The notes under the pieces: model-generated
The model's database searches: none
What the model was told of the DNA's origin: nothing
What the model saw: the letters and a program-made list of their open reading frames with translations, nothing else
Translations under genes and position numbers: made by a program
Shown here: positions 12,864 through 25,463 of the stretch, one piece after another
Layout: each line of letters begins with the position of its first letter
How positions within the stretch are numbered: the first letter of the stretch is position 1
DNA from: Octopus vulgaris
Taxonomy: Eukaryota
Assembly (NCBI GenBank): GCA_951406725.2
Contig: OX597826.1
Span: 81,158,001 to 81,222,000, forward strand
Direction: 5' to 3'
DNA: 64,000 nucleotides

Positions 12864-13089
12864 CTGTGTGTGTGTTTGTGTGTCTGAATTTAGTCACCAC
12901 CCACCATCGGTTCACAAACAATACTGGTGTTTTTAAGTCCCCTTAACTAGCGGTTCGGCAAAAACCACCGATAGAATCAACACTAGGCTTACAAAGAATT
13001 TGTCCTGGGGTCGATTTCTCGATTTAAGGTGGTGCTCCACCAAGGCCGCAGTCAATTGACCGTAACAAATACAAGAAAAAAAGAATATA

Positions 13090-13127
<38 letters not shown>

Positions 13128-13256
13128 TATCTATCTATACAATTATCCAATCTGATAAAAATAGAAACAAAATTTCCGAAAATGATATCATTTTACAGAA
13201 ATAAAGAAGAAATCAGTGATGTATGACAGCTGCAACTTGCAAGATTCAATGGTAGC
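12790..13256 (+). repeat. Local duplication of about 9935-10412
   Basis: Near-identical sequence, including ORFs 10167..10382 and 13029..13226. Confidence 0.9.
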
Positions 13257-13747
13257 ATGGAAAGCTACACGCACACACACAACCCCACACATACACACAT
13301 ATATACATAAGTATATACCTGTGTGACCTTGGGTGTGTCTGTGTCTTTTTACATATGATAGAGTCGGTTACATATTAATAATTACATTGTTCTTGGAAGG
13401 CGACAGTAGTTTATCGCATTCAGCATTGCGCGTACCACGTTGGCATCGTACAGTTCAGGGCTTGAAAAGCTCAAAGTCAAAGAAAGAGGAATAGGAGAAA
13501 AAAGGGGAAAATAAGCACAATCACTGAGTGAGATATTCCAGCAGGTAAATATGATCGATCTATCTTCCTATCGACCAGTAAAACTAGTAAAAAAGTGATT
13601 TTTTACTAGTTTTATATTGTTTTTTTGTCTTCTCTCCTTATGCTGTAAGAAAATTTAATGTGGTTTTAGAGTCAGATTTTGGCTGCGATTTTCAGTGTGG
13701 CGGTATCTCGTATCAACCCTAAATTATAATTTATAATTTATAAAATA

Positions 13748-13870
13748 GATCCCCAGGACTTATTATTTCCAAGCCCAGTACTTATTCTATCGGTCTCCTT
13801 TGCCAAACTGTCAGGTTACGGGGAAGCAAACACACCAGCATCGGCTTCCAAGCGGTGTTTGGGGAGACAA

Positions 13871-13901
<31 letters not shown>

Positions 13902-14016
13902 CAATGGGCTTTCAGTTTTCGTCCACCAAATCCACTCACAAGGCTTTGGTCTGCCCGAGGCTAGAGTAGATAACACTTGACCGAGTTGCCACGCAGTAGG
14001 ACTGAACACGGAACCG
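13748..14016 (-). mobile_element. SINE family A, truncated
   Basis: Reverse complement of the SINE A body. Confidence 0.8.
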
Positions 14017-14044
14017 TGTATAAATATATATATATATATATATA

Positions 14045-16510
14045 GTGTTGCAAGACAGTGTGTGAGAGAGAATCGTGATGTGGTAGGAGAGAAGTGTGTT
14101 CGCATGGAAGATGGTTCACTTGCGCTAAATGAGGATGCAAAGAGAAAGGTTTGGAGATGCCACTATGAAAGGTTGCTGAATGAAGAAAATGAATGGGATA
14201 AAGAGAGTCTGCCGAATGTTGACCCAACAGAGGGACCAGCTATCCGAGTTGATAGTTCCGTGGTAGCTAAGGCAATTAGAAGCATAAAGACAGGGAAAGC
14301 CCCAGGCCCATCAGGAATCACTGCAGAGATGCTCAAAGTGTCTGGTAGTGTCGGCTATAACCTAGTTACCCGTATAGTTAATCAGGTGATACACAAAGGG
14401 GTCATACCCAATGACTGGTGTAGCAGTATAATAGTCAACTGCTACAAAGGTAAAGGTGATGCCCTAGATACAAATAACTACAGAGGTATCAAGCTGTTGG
14501 ATCAGGTGATGAAGGTTACGGAGAGGGTCATAGCCCAACTAATTAGAGAGAGAGTTAGTTTAGATGAGATGCAGTTTGGGTTTGTGCCAGGGAAAAGTAC
14601 TACTGATGCTATATTCCTGGTAAGGCAGCTGCAGGAGAAATACCTAGCCAAAGATAAGCCCCTGTACCTGGCTTTTGTTGACATGGAGAAAGCCTTCGAC
14701 AGGGTCCCCCGATCCCTTATCTGGTGGGCAATGAGGAAACTAGGGATAGATGAATGGTTGGTGAGAGCTGTGCGGGCCATGTATAGGGACACTGCTAGTA
14801 GGGTGAGGGTTGGAAATGAGTACAGTGAAGAATTCCGGGTAGAGGTAGGGGTCCACCAAGGCTCAGTACTCAGCCCCCTCCTATTTATCATAGTCCTCCA
14901 GGCAATAACGGAGGAATTCAAGACAGGATGCCCTTGGGAGCTCCTCTATGCTGATGACCTTGCCCTAATTGCTGAGTCGCTATCAGAACTGGAGAAGTTT
15001 CAGGTGTGGAAACAAGGATTAGAATCGAAGGGCCTAAGGGTCAATCTAGCTAAAACCAAAGTCGTAATCAGTAGGAAGGTAAACAAATCACAAACACCTT
15101 CAGGTAGATGGCCCTGCTCGATCTGTAGAAAAGGTGTAGGTAGAAACTCTATAAGATGCACCAAGTGTAAGCTATGGACACATAAGAGATGCAGCAATGT
15201 CAAAGGAAGGCTAACTAGGAAGATGGTTTTTATATGTGGCAGATGCTCAGGAACAATAAACACTGAAAATGTTCTGAGACCAACTTCCGTCACTTTCCAG
15301 GGAGAAAAACTAGAAATAGTTGATAGTTTCCGTTACCTAGGTGACCAAGTCAGCAGCGGGGGCGGGTGTGCTGAAAGTGTAACTGCTAGAGTAAGAATAG
15401 CTTGGGCAAAGTTCAGAGAGCTCTTACCTCTGCTGGTGACAAAAGGCCTCTCGCACAGAGTGAAAGGCAGACTGTATGATGCGTGTGTACGAACAGCCAT
15501 GCTACATGGCAGTGAAACATGGGCCGTGACTGCTGAGGATATGCGTAAGCTCGCTAGAAATGAAGCCAGTATGCTCCGATGGATGTGTAATGCCGGTACT
15601 CACACTCGGCAGAGTGTAAGTACCTTGAGAGAAAAGCTGGACCTAAGAAGCATCAGTTGTGGTGTGCAAGAGAGACGTTTGCGCTGGTATGGTCATGTGG
15701 CGAGAATGGATGAAGATAGTTGTGTGAAAAAGTGCCACACCCTAGCGGTTGAGGGAACCTGTGGAAGAGGCAGACCCAGGAAAACCTGGGACGAGGTGGT
15801 GAAGCACGACCTTCGAACTTTAGGTCTCACTGAGGAAATGACTAGAGACCGAGACCTCTGGAAGTGTGCTGTGCGCGAGAAGACCCGGCAGGACAAGTGA
15901 GTCCATAACCTGTGGCCTTCTACATGGGATGGAGCCAGCCTACGTATGCATACCTTCCCTTCTTGGGACACAAAACTCTACTTGTGAAGACATGTTGAGG
16001 CAAGTGAGGATCAGAATCGAAATCGATCAATGGAAATTGCGGATGTGTTACCAGTGCCGGTGACATGTCGAAACTCTACTTGTGAAGACCCGTTGAGGCA
16101 AGTGAGGATCAGAATCGAAATCGATCAATGGAAATCGATCAATGGAAATTGCAGATGTGTTACCAGTGCCGGTGGCATGTAAGAGAACTTTCCGTTTCGT
16201 GACCGTTGCCAGCACCGTCCCGTTTCGTGTCCGTTGCCAGCCTCGCCTGGCCCTCGTGCCGGTGGCACATAAAAAGCACCATCCGTTCGTGGCCGTTTGC
16301 CAGCTCTGTCTGGCACCAGTGCGGGTGGCACGTAAAAAGCACCCACTACACTCACGGAGTGGTTGGCGTTAGGAAGGGCATCCAGCCGTAGAAACACTGC
16401 CAGATTTGACTGGGCCTGATGAAGCCTTCTGGCTTCACAGACCCCAGTAGAACCGTCCAACCCATGCTAGCATGGAAAACGGACGCTAAACGATGATGAT
16501 GATGATGATG
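14045..16510 (+). mobile_element. RTE-clade LINE, 5'-truncated, young copy
   Basis: Begins after (TA)n, lacks the APE domain, has an open RT ORF and a repeat-structured 3' UTR, ends in (GAT)n. Confidence 0.95.
14062..15900 (+). CDS. RTE LINE ORF2 fragment: reverse transcriptase with internal C4HC3 (PHD-type) finger
   Basis: KAPGPSGI, NYRGIKLL, QFGF, FVDMEKAFDRV, GVHQGSVLSP, YADD, FRYLG, RLRWYGHV motifs; CSIC..CTKC..H..C..CGRC insertion. Confidence 0.95.
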   Translation: MRENRDVVGEKCVRMEDGSLALNEDAKRKVWRCHYERLLNEENEWDKESLPNVDPTEGPAIRVDSSVVAKAIRSIKTGKAPGPSGITAEMLKVSGSVGYNLVTRIVNQVIHKGVIPNDWCSSIIVNCYKGKGDALDTNNYRGIKLLDQVMKVTERVIAQLIRERVSLDEMQFGFVPGKSTTDAIFLVRQLQEKYLAKDKPLYLAFVDMEKAFDRVPRSLIWWAMRKLGIDEWLVRAVRAMYRDTASRVRVGNEYSEEFRVEVGVHQGSVLSPLLFIIVLQAITEEFKTGCPWELLYADDLALIAESLSELEKFQVWKQGLESKGLRVNLAKTKVVISRKVNKSQTPSGRWPCSICRKGVGRNSIRCTKCKLWTHKRCSNVKGRLTRKMVFICGRCSGTINTENVLRPTSVTFQGEKLEIVDSFRYLGDQVSSGGGCAESVTARVRIAWAKFRELLPLLVTKGLSHRVKGRLYDACVRTAMLHGSETWAVTAEDMRKLARNEASMLRWMCNAGTHTRQSVSTLREKLDLRSISCGVQERRLRWYGHVARMDEDSCVKKCHTLAVEGTCGRGRPRKTWDEVVKHDLRTLGLTEEMTRDRDLWKCAVREKTRQDK

Positions 16511-16561
16511 ATATATATAGATATAGATATATTCATATTTTTTTCTTTTTTTTTCTTTTTT

Positions 16562-16619
<58 letters not shown>

Positions 16620-16623
<4 letters not shown>

Positions 16624-19120
16624 CTCTGTGGTACCAGTGCCGGTGGCACACAAGAGAACCATCCGAACGTGGCGGTAGCCAGTACCGCATCGACTGGCCT
16701 CCGTGCTGTGGGCAAGTAACAAACACCATCTGATCGTGGCCGTTTGCCAGCCTCATCTGGCACCTGTGTTGGTGGCACATAAAAACACCATCCGAAGATC
16801 CGGCAAGACTAGTCAGGCCATAACCCGTGGCCCCTACCTGGGACGTAGTCAGTCCACCTGTGCATACCTTCCTTCTTGTGACACTTGTGAAGACCTTTTG
16901 AGGCAAGTGAAAATCAAAACAAATCAAAATAGATGAACATCAATGGAATTTGTATCTTTGTGATACCAGTACGGTGGCACACAAGAAAACCATCCGAACG
17001 TGGCCGTAGCCAGTACTGCATCGACTGGCCTCCGTGCTGTGGGCACATAACAAACACCATCCGATCGTGGCCGTTCGCCAGCCTCATCTGGCACTTGTGT
17101 CGGTGGCACATAAAAACACCATCCGAAGACCCGGCAAGACTAGTCCGGCCATAACCCGTGGCCCCTACCTGGGACGTAGTCAGTCCACCTGTGCATACCT
17201 TCCTTCCTTCTTGTGACACTTGTGAAGACCTGTTGAGGAAAGTGAAAATCAAATCAAATCAAATCAAAACAAATCAAAATAGATGAACATCAATGGAATT
17301 TGTATCTTTGTGGTACCAGTGCCGGTGGCACACAAGAAAACTATCCGAACGTGGCGGTAGCCAGTACCACATCGACTGGCCTCCGTGCTGTGGGCAAGTA
17401 ACAAACACCATCCGATCGTGGCCGTTTCGCCAGCCTCATCTGGCACCTGTGTCGGTGGCACATAAAAACACCATCCGAAGACCCGGCAAGACTAGTCAGG
17501 CCATAACCCGTGGCCCCTACCTGGGACGTAGTCAGTCCACCTGTGCATACCTTCCTTTTTGTGACACTTGTGAAGACCTGTTGAGGCAAGTGAAAATCAA
17601 TGAAAACAAATCAAAATAGATGAACATCAATGGAATTTGTATCTTTGTGGTACCAGTGCCGGTGGCACACAAGAAAACCATCCGAACGTGGCGGTAGCCA
17701 GTACCGCATCGACTGGCCTCCGTGCTGTGGGCAAGTAACAAACACCATCTGATCGTGGCCGTTTGCCAGCCTCATCTGGCACCTGTGTTGGTGGCACATA
17801 AAAACACCATCCGAAGATCCGGCAAGACTAGTCAGGCCATAACCCGTGGCCCCTACCTGGGACGTAGTCAGTCCACCTGTGCATACCTTCCTTCTTGTGA
17901 CACTTGTGAAGACCTTTTGAGGCAAGTGAAAATCAAAACAAATCAAAATAGATGAACATCAATGGAATTTGTATCTTTGTGATACCAGTACGGTGGCACA
18001 CAAGAAAACCATCCGAACGTGGCCGTAGCCAGTACTGCATCGACTGGCCTCCGTGCTGTGGGCACATAACAAACACCATCCGATCGTGGCCGTTCGCCAG
18101 CCTCATCTGGCACTTGTGTCGGTGGCACATAAAAACACCATCCGAAGACCCGGCAAGACTAGTCCGGCCATAACCCGTGGCCCCTACCTGGGACGTAGTC
18201 AGTCCACCTGTGCATACCTTCCTTCCTTCTTGTGACACTTGTGAAGACCTGTTGAGGAAAGTGAAAATCAAATCAAATCAAATCAAAACAAATCAAAATA
18301 GATGAACATCAATGGAATTTGTATCTTTGTGGTACCAGTGCCGGTGGCACACAAGAAAACTATCCGAACGTGGCGGTAGCCAGTACCACATCGACTGGCC
18401 TCCGTGCTGTGGGCAAGTAACAAACACCATCCGATCGTGGCCGTTTCGCCAGCCTCATCTGGCACCTGTGTCGGTGGCACATAAAAACACCATCCGAAGA
18501 CCCGGCAAGACTAGTCAGGCCATAACCCGTGGCCCCTACCTGGGACGTAGTCAGTCCACCTGTGCATACCTTCCTTTTTGTGACACTTGTGAAGACCTGT
18601 TGAGGCAAGTGAAAATCAATCAAAACAAATCAAAATAGATGAACATCAATGGAATTTGTATCTTTGTGGTACCAGTGCCGGTGGCACACAAGAAAACCAT
18701 CCGAACGTGGCCGTAGCCAGTACCGCATCGACTAGCCTCCGTGCTGCGGGCACGTAACAAACACCATCCGATCGTGGCCGTTCGCCAGCCTCATCTGGCA
18801 CCTGTGTCGGTGGCACATAAAAACACCATCCAAGCGTGGCCGTCTGCCAGCCTCGTCTGGCACCTGTGTCGGTGGCACATAAAAAACACCATCCGAGCGT
18901 GGCCGTTCGCCAGCCTCGTCTGGCACCTGTGTCGGTGGCACATAAAATCACCCACTACACTCTCGGAGTGGTTGGCGTTAGGAAGGGCATCCAGCTGTAG
19001 AAACACTGCCAGATCTGACTGGCCTGGTGCAGCTTTCGGGCTCCCCAGATCCCAGTTGAACCGTCCAACCCATGCTAGCATGGAAAACGGACGCTAAATG
19101 AATGATGATTGATGATGATG
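16620..19120 (+). repeat. Tandem array of RTE 3'-UTR-derived units (332/350/337 bp; 1019-bp higher-order repeat x2) ending in an RTE terminus
   Basis: Unit starts at 16620, 16952, 17302, 17639, 17971, 18321, 18658; ORFs recur at a +1019 offset. Confidence 0.9.
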
Positions 19121-19134
19121 ATATATATATATAT

Positions 19135-19369
19135 GGATATAAATTTGGTTCTAATATTTTTGTCCCTTTCTTTAATTTATATATATATATATGCATATAT
19201 ATAAAAATATGTATATATATATATATATATAAATATATATATATTCATATTTATATATATATACATATATATATATAAATTAAAGAAAGGGACAAAAATA
19301 TATTTGGTTCTAATATTTTTGTCCCCTTCTTCAATTTATATATATATATATATACGTATATATATAAAA

Positions 19370-19407
<38 letters not shown>

Positions 19408-19485
19408 TATATACATATTTTTATATATATACATATATATATATATATAAATTAAAGAAAGGGACAAAAATATTAGAACCAAATA
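19135..19485. repeat. Nested inverted repeats interleaved with (TA)n
   Basis: ggttctaatatttttgtccctttctttaattt and its reverse complement each occur twice in alternation. Confidence 0.85.
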
Positions 19486-19796
19486 TATATATATACACAT
19501 ATACATATACATATATATATGTATGTATATATATATATATATGCGCATATAAAACTTCAAATTTCCGCACTAAGGCACGGATTTTAGGCCCCATGGTCGT
19601 AACCTCAACCGTGCTTTTTCTGCTGTGATTTTTGCTACCCAGGTGTCAGTTATCATTTGAATAATCCGTAATAAGAAAATTCATTTATCTACTTCAATAA
19701 TATATATATATGTATGTATAAATATGTATGTATAAATATGTATGTATATATATGCATGTATGTATATATATACATATATCCATCCATCTTTGTATG

Positions 19797-19836
<40 letters not shown>

Positions 19837-19984
19837 TTCTGGCTTCACAGACCCCAGTAGAACCGTCCAACCCATGCTAGCATGGAAAACGGACGCTAAA
19901 TGATGATGATGATGATGATGATGATATATTGTTATATTTCGGAATGGTCATATTGCCAGTTTAGCCAATAAATATTTAAACGTA

Positions 19985-20027
<43 letters not shown>

Positions 20028-20312
20028 TCATACACACACACACACACAAATATCTTGTTAGGAACTACCATTGAATCTTGCAAGTCACAGCTGTCACACG
20101 CCACTGATTTCTACTTTATTTGTGTAAAATATTTTGGGAAATTTTGTTTCTATTTCTATCAGATTAAATAATTGTATAGATAGATAGACATATATATATA
20201 TATATAATGGGAAGCTTTATGAAAATAAACAAAAGACGAAGGCAGGTGGAAAACAAACGAACAATTGTATTAGTATGGCGCTCAGGAAATATAAACAAAA
20301 CATATATATATA

Positions 20313-20424
<112 letters not shown>

Positions 20425-20679
20425 CATAGATTCCTTTTTTCAATAATAATAATAATAATAATCTTTTCTATTAGAAGTACAAAGCCTTAAATTTGGGGGA
20501 AGGGATAAAGTTGATTGCATCGACCCCAATGCACAACTGGTATTTAATTTATCAACCCTGAAAGGATGAAGGACAAAGCCAATCTCAGTGGAATAATAAT
20601 AACAACAATAATAATAATAATAATAATAAAAGCGGTGAGCTGGCAGAAACGTTAGCATGCCGGGCGAAATGCATAGCCA

Positions 20680-21880
20680 TAGTAGGGAGCATACAAGGAG
20701 AGTAAGAAAATTATTGCAGTCAAAGCTGAATTCTAAAATTCTTATTGAAGCAATAAATTCAAGAGCAATCCTCTGAATCAGATATGGAGTTGGAATTATA
20801 GACTGGACCAGAAATGATATAAAGAAACTTGATAGAAAAACTAGGAAGTTGTTGATGATATATGGAGCCCACCATCCGAAAGCTGATATCAACTGGCTGT
20901 ACTTGGGGAGAGACCAGGTTAGAAGAGGCTTAAAAGCAGTAGAAGAATGTGTACAGATGGAAAGAAAAGGTCTTATAGAGCAGCACAGAAAATCTACTAA
21001 AGACAGTTAATAAAGAACAGGTGACGAAGTGAGTCAAAGAACAAGAATGAAATACAGAGAGTCTGTCAGATAGATCGAAGAGAAATCTCTGCATGGCCAA
21101 TTTTGGAGAGTCACAGAAAATATATGTGGAACAAAATTCTGGGCTTGGTTAAAAAAGAGGAAATTGAAAAAGAAACAGAGCCTAATTGTAACAGCCCAAG
21201 GTCAGGCAATAAAAACAAACAACTTGAGAGAAAATAGATGTGAGGAGAATATGTCAGAAAAATGTAAATCCTGTAGAACTTGGAACCAGACAGCGGAGGA
21301 CATTGTGGAAGAATGCCCCAAGTTGGTACAGGAAGAATATAAGAAATGGAGGCATGAACAGGTTGTAAAAGTTTTACACTGGAAACTGTGCTAGAAATGG
21401 AGATTTGAAGCTAGAAATACATGGTACAATCATTGAGTTGAAAGAGAATTGGAGTTGAAGAACTGTAAGATTTTGTGGGACTTTCCTCTTCCAATGAACA
21501 AGAAGTTAGAAAATAATAGATCAGACATAAATGATTATAAATAAGGAAAAGCACAGTTGCTTACTTATTGATCCATGTCCAATTGATTCCAGATGTAATA
21601 GGAAGAATTTGGAGCATGTGAACAGAGAAAGTTGTAGCTATAATAATTGGTTCGTTGGGAAGAGTAAGCAAAGATATAGACAAACGGCTGAAGGAGATTG
21701 GAATAGAATGCCTGGTGGAGCTCCTACAGAATGTTTGTCACTTAGGGACAGCAGGGATTATTAGGAGGGTTCTAAGCATTTGAAAGACTGCTGAAAACTT
21801 GTGGATAGCTAAAGTTACATGTAGCAACCTGCTATTCACATAATGATTACCAGGAATAAGACCAAACCTGAGCCAAACCA
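20680..21880 (+). pseudogene. Degenerate R4/Dong-type LINE 3' part
   Basis: ORF 21164..21394 has KCKSC...ECPKL...WRHEQV (decayed CCHC finger and RHD motif); follows (TAA)n and a SINE head. Confidence 0.8.
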
Positions 21881-22469
21881 AAATAACAACAACAACAACA
21901 ACAATAATAAAATAGACAGAGGCTCTCATGGCTTCTGATCTTACTTGACTGGAAGTGTTATCATGTACATTGTTTTGTCTTGGTATAAAAGATGGCCTAC
22001 AGCAAATATTCTGCTCAATACCACAGATTTGTTTGTCAGTTGTTTGACCTTAACCAGTTGACCATATCCCTCAGTGGCTGACAATAAATGTGCATCTCTG
22101 ATCATGAGCAGAAGTAGTGGGGGAGCATAATAGCCATTTGTTGAGAGGAATTCTTTGGGGTTTGAATAATTCACCCCCAGAAACACGTGTTTCATTCAAC
22201 ATCCTTAAACAATTCTTATTCAGGGCTACTTGACTTGAAGAAAATTCTAACTGGACTCTACCTGCAAGGTCATATGCTGCTTATTGTGATATGAAATCCC
22301 CATATTGTACACATGTTTATGATGCATGTGCCTGGTGTATCCTTATCAGATGGGTGGTCATGATGGGCTTTGTATATTTGTACCCCAGTTTCACTCTGAT
22401 GGCATGTGTTGCTCTCTCACACAATAATAATAATAATAATAATAACAATAATGATGATATTTTTTTTTC

Positions 22470-22675
22470 CACCAAAGGCACAGGACCTGAAATTTGGGGG
22501 TGGGGAAGGGGCCAGTCATTTACATCGACCGCAGTGCACAACTGGTATTTATTTCCTCGACTCTGAAGGGACGAAAGGCAAAGCTGACCTCAGTAAAATT
22601 TGAACTCAGAACTTAGATGGACAAAACGCTGCTGAGCCCTTCACCCAGCGTGCAAACGAATTTGCCAGCTTGCCT
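22470..22675 (-). mobile_element. SINE family B (Nin/Deu-domain-like)
   Basis: Reverse complement of the 35372-35587 sequence. Confidence 0.7.
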
Positions 22676-22883
22676 CGTTAACAATTTCCAAAATAAGCTC
22701 AAGGCCATAAATGTTCTGCAGGGAGGGGGTTTAGTTAATTAAACTGATCTCAGTTCTTGATTGATAATTTATTTAATCAACCTAGAAAAGATGAAGAGTA
22801 AATTTGATCTTAGCAGGATTTGAACTCACAATGTAACGAAATACTGCAAGGCATTTTCTCATCATTCTACAAATTCTGTCACA

Positions 22884-22914
<31 letters not shown>

Positions 22915-23089
22915 ACATTCTAAATAGATTTGTTATTTATTTTTCTTATCAGGGTTAACAACTTAAGGGTTATTACAAGTTCAAGTATAATTAGTCTCAG
23001 CACAGGAGGGACTTGGAATGTTTGATTAACAACAGTAAAAAAAAAAGTGGTTAAATGACAGGAATAGAAGAACGAGGAAATAACAGAAC

Positions 23090-23375
23090 TACCACCACCA
23101 CCACCACTGCACCACCACCACCACCACCACCACCACCACAACCATCACCATCACCAGCACAACCATCACCACCACAACCACCATCACCACAATACCACCA
23201 CCACCACCACCACAATCACCACAACCATCACCACCACAACCACTAATACCACCATCACCATCACTACCATCACTACAACCACAACCACCACCACTATCAC
23301 CACCACCCCAATATCACCACCATCACTACCACCACCATCACCACCACCACCTCCATCACCACCACCACCATCACA
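23090..23375. repeat. (CAC/CAT)n compound microsatellite
   Basis: Directly visible. Confidence 0.95.
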
Positions 23376-23422
23376 ATTCTTCCGTTCCACATCCCCCCCA
23401 CCCTCTCTTGACCCCTTTGCAG

Positions 23423-23501
23423 AAACTACTTAAAGCTCTTGTCTTCGGACCCTGTGCTCAGATCAGCCCAAGCTGCTGCGAAAGATAAGCAAAACTTTTA
23501 G
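23423..23501 (+). CDS. Possible terminal coding exon of an unidentified host gene (NYLKLLSSDPVLRSAQAAAKDKQNF*)
   Basis: Good acceptor (ctctcttgacccctttgcag), unique non-repetitive sequence, open phase-2 frame, followed by T-rich UTR-like sequence; no homology recognised. Confidence 0.3.
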
Positions 23502-24241
23502 TTATTATTGACTTATGAAAGAGTTGTGCAGTCAAAAATGAATTCTTGCGGCATCAAATGCCGTCTGTTTGAACGGCCTCACTTGTTATAAGTTGCACCA
23601 TCTGTTGCAAAGTCTGGGGTGTAAAATGTATTATGAATTTGTTTTACTCTTTCACTTTTCAACAATTCATCCCAAACATTTACAATTTTTCTAGTCATTT
23701 TCTTTCTTTTTCTTTTTCTTTTTCTTTTTGATTGAATCAGTTGTCGTCTCTCACTTACAATGTCCTCCAAACACTTGCAGTGTCTTCTTACTCAAAATAT
23801 CTTCTCCCTTGCAGTGTCTTGTAAACATTTTCTTAAAGAAAACAAGAAAAACAAAAAAAAAATATATACATAACGAAACAAACCCCCATCCCCCTGTCTG
23901 GAATTTTAGGTTGCTCTTCAGGGCTGCTATTGTTGTTTAGTCCCTGATCCAATTCTGATCATGCAGACCTATGTTTGAATGCATTCCACCCATGACCATA
24001 CAGCCTCTTTTTTTGTTTGTCTTTTCCTTTTGGTGTGATGCTATTCAAGGAGACAAAGGCAGCAAAGTGGCAGGGTTAGAGTCAGGGTGTCAAACTAACA
24101 TTTGTTCCAACCCTGCACTCCTTATGATCGAATCCTACTGGGTCAGTTTTGCTTTCTGTCTTTCTCAGGTTAATAAATAAAGTACCTGTCCATGATGATG
24201 GAATGGTGAAAGTGTTAGAGAATCAGATGGCATGCCTTGTA

Positions 24242-24491
24242 TTGGGTTGCTGCATAATTATTGTGGCATTTTTTAAACAAATTTTATTCAACAAAAACCA
24301 TAACAATATTTAACAAAAACATCTTTAAATGATTATTCTGGAGCATATTCACCATCTACTTCAATTACTGCTTCCCATTTGCTTGGCAGATGATCAGACC
24401 GTCATTTAAAGATGTTTTTGTTAAATATTGTTACTGTTTTTATTGAATAAAATTTGTTGTAAAAAGCCACAATAATTATGCACCAACCTAA
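24242..24491. mobile_element. Mariner-derived MITE with long terminal inverted repeats
   Basis: ta|ttgggttgctgcataatt ... aattatgcaccaacctaa|ta; second copy in opposite orientation at 43886-44118. Confidence 0.85.
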
Positions 24492-24863
24492 TAGTCTCTG
24501 TTCCAACTCTATATATTCCGAGCTTGAATCTTACCTGGAGTAACTTGAGGGAGGGGGGGGGAAAAGCCAAAACTGTGATGCTTTTGTCAGGAATTGTATT
24601 GGCAATTGAAGAACTGTGAAACCTTAGTTCCTTGGTTCAGTTTAAAGATTGTCTGAATAGGAACGAAGTGTAATACTAACATGTCCTTTCCACTTTTAAA
24701 ATAGTAGGATATGGTTTGAATGATATACAGTAGTTCCCTGGTATTCATAGGGTTTACGTTCCAAGAGTACCCGCAAGTAGTGAAAAACTGCGATTATTGG
24801 ACGTGGTCCATAAAAATGCCTACAAATGTCAAAATATAATGTAAAATATTATATATATATATA

Positions 24864-25055
24864 TATATGAATAAATGAAAGAATGGAGTCGACTCCATTC
24901 TTTCATTTATTCATATAAAAAACACACAAATTTTCCACACAAGAACCCAGAGTTTCTACCCTGTACAGGTCACTTCAACCGTGTTTTCTGACATGAATTT
25001 GCTACCCAGGTATCGGTTAAACGAATTTTCCATGCTAGGATAATTCATTCACCTA

Positions 25056-25060
<5 letters not shown>
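24864..25060. repeat. Perfect 54-bp palindrome plus conserved tail between (TA)n tracts
   Basis: Centre gagtc|gactc at 24890/24891; tail 24920-25058 is homologous to 19550-19697 (caaccgtg...ttgctacccaggt...ttcatt..ctactt). Confidence 0.85.
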
Positions 25061-25093
<33 letters not shown>

Positions 25094-25174
25094 ATATGAG
25101 GGAATATTATTCCAAATTTACAGGGAAAAATTCAATTTAGAAATACTAAATCAAATTTCACAAAATTTAATATA

Positions 25175-25463
25175 TATATATAAATTAGAAAAAAACACCT
25201 TTTATCAATTCAATAATGAAAAATTAAATTATACCATTTAGAAAAATTACATATTATAGAAAGATTAAATATAAGATAAAACACATAACAATGATTAAGT
25301 AATGTGCAAAATAGTAAATAAAACTTATATATTTGGTATTTTGCACATTACTTAATCATTGTTATGTGTTTTATCTTATATTTATTCTTTCTATAAGATG
25401 TAATTTTTCTAAATGATATAATATAATTTTTCATTATTGAATTGATAAAAGGTGGGTTTTTTT

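Noticed and set aside
13400-13545. CpG-containing unique stretch ending in a CAG|gtaaat donor
   Set aside because: Could be a non-coding first exon, but no convincing open frame or partner exon can be shown.
14502-15971. Antisense ORFs over the RTE and Dong ORFs
   Set aside because: Shadow frames of the RT coding strand.
16352-19196. Many overlapping recurrent ORFs, and a possible CRISPR-like reading of the array
   Set aside because: They derive from the tandem RTE 3' UTR units; there are no unique spacers or cas genes and the context is eukaryotic.
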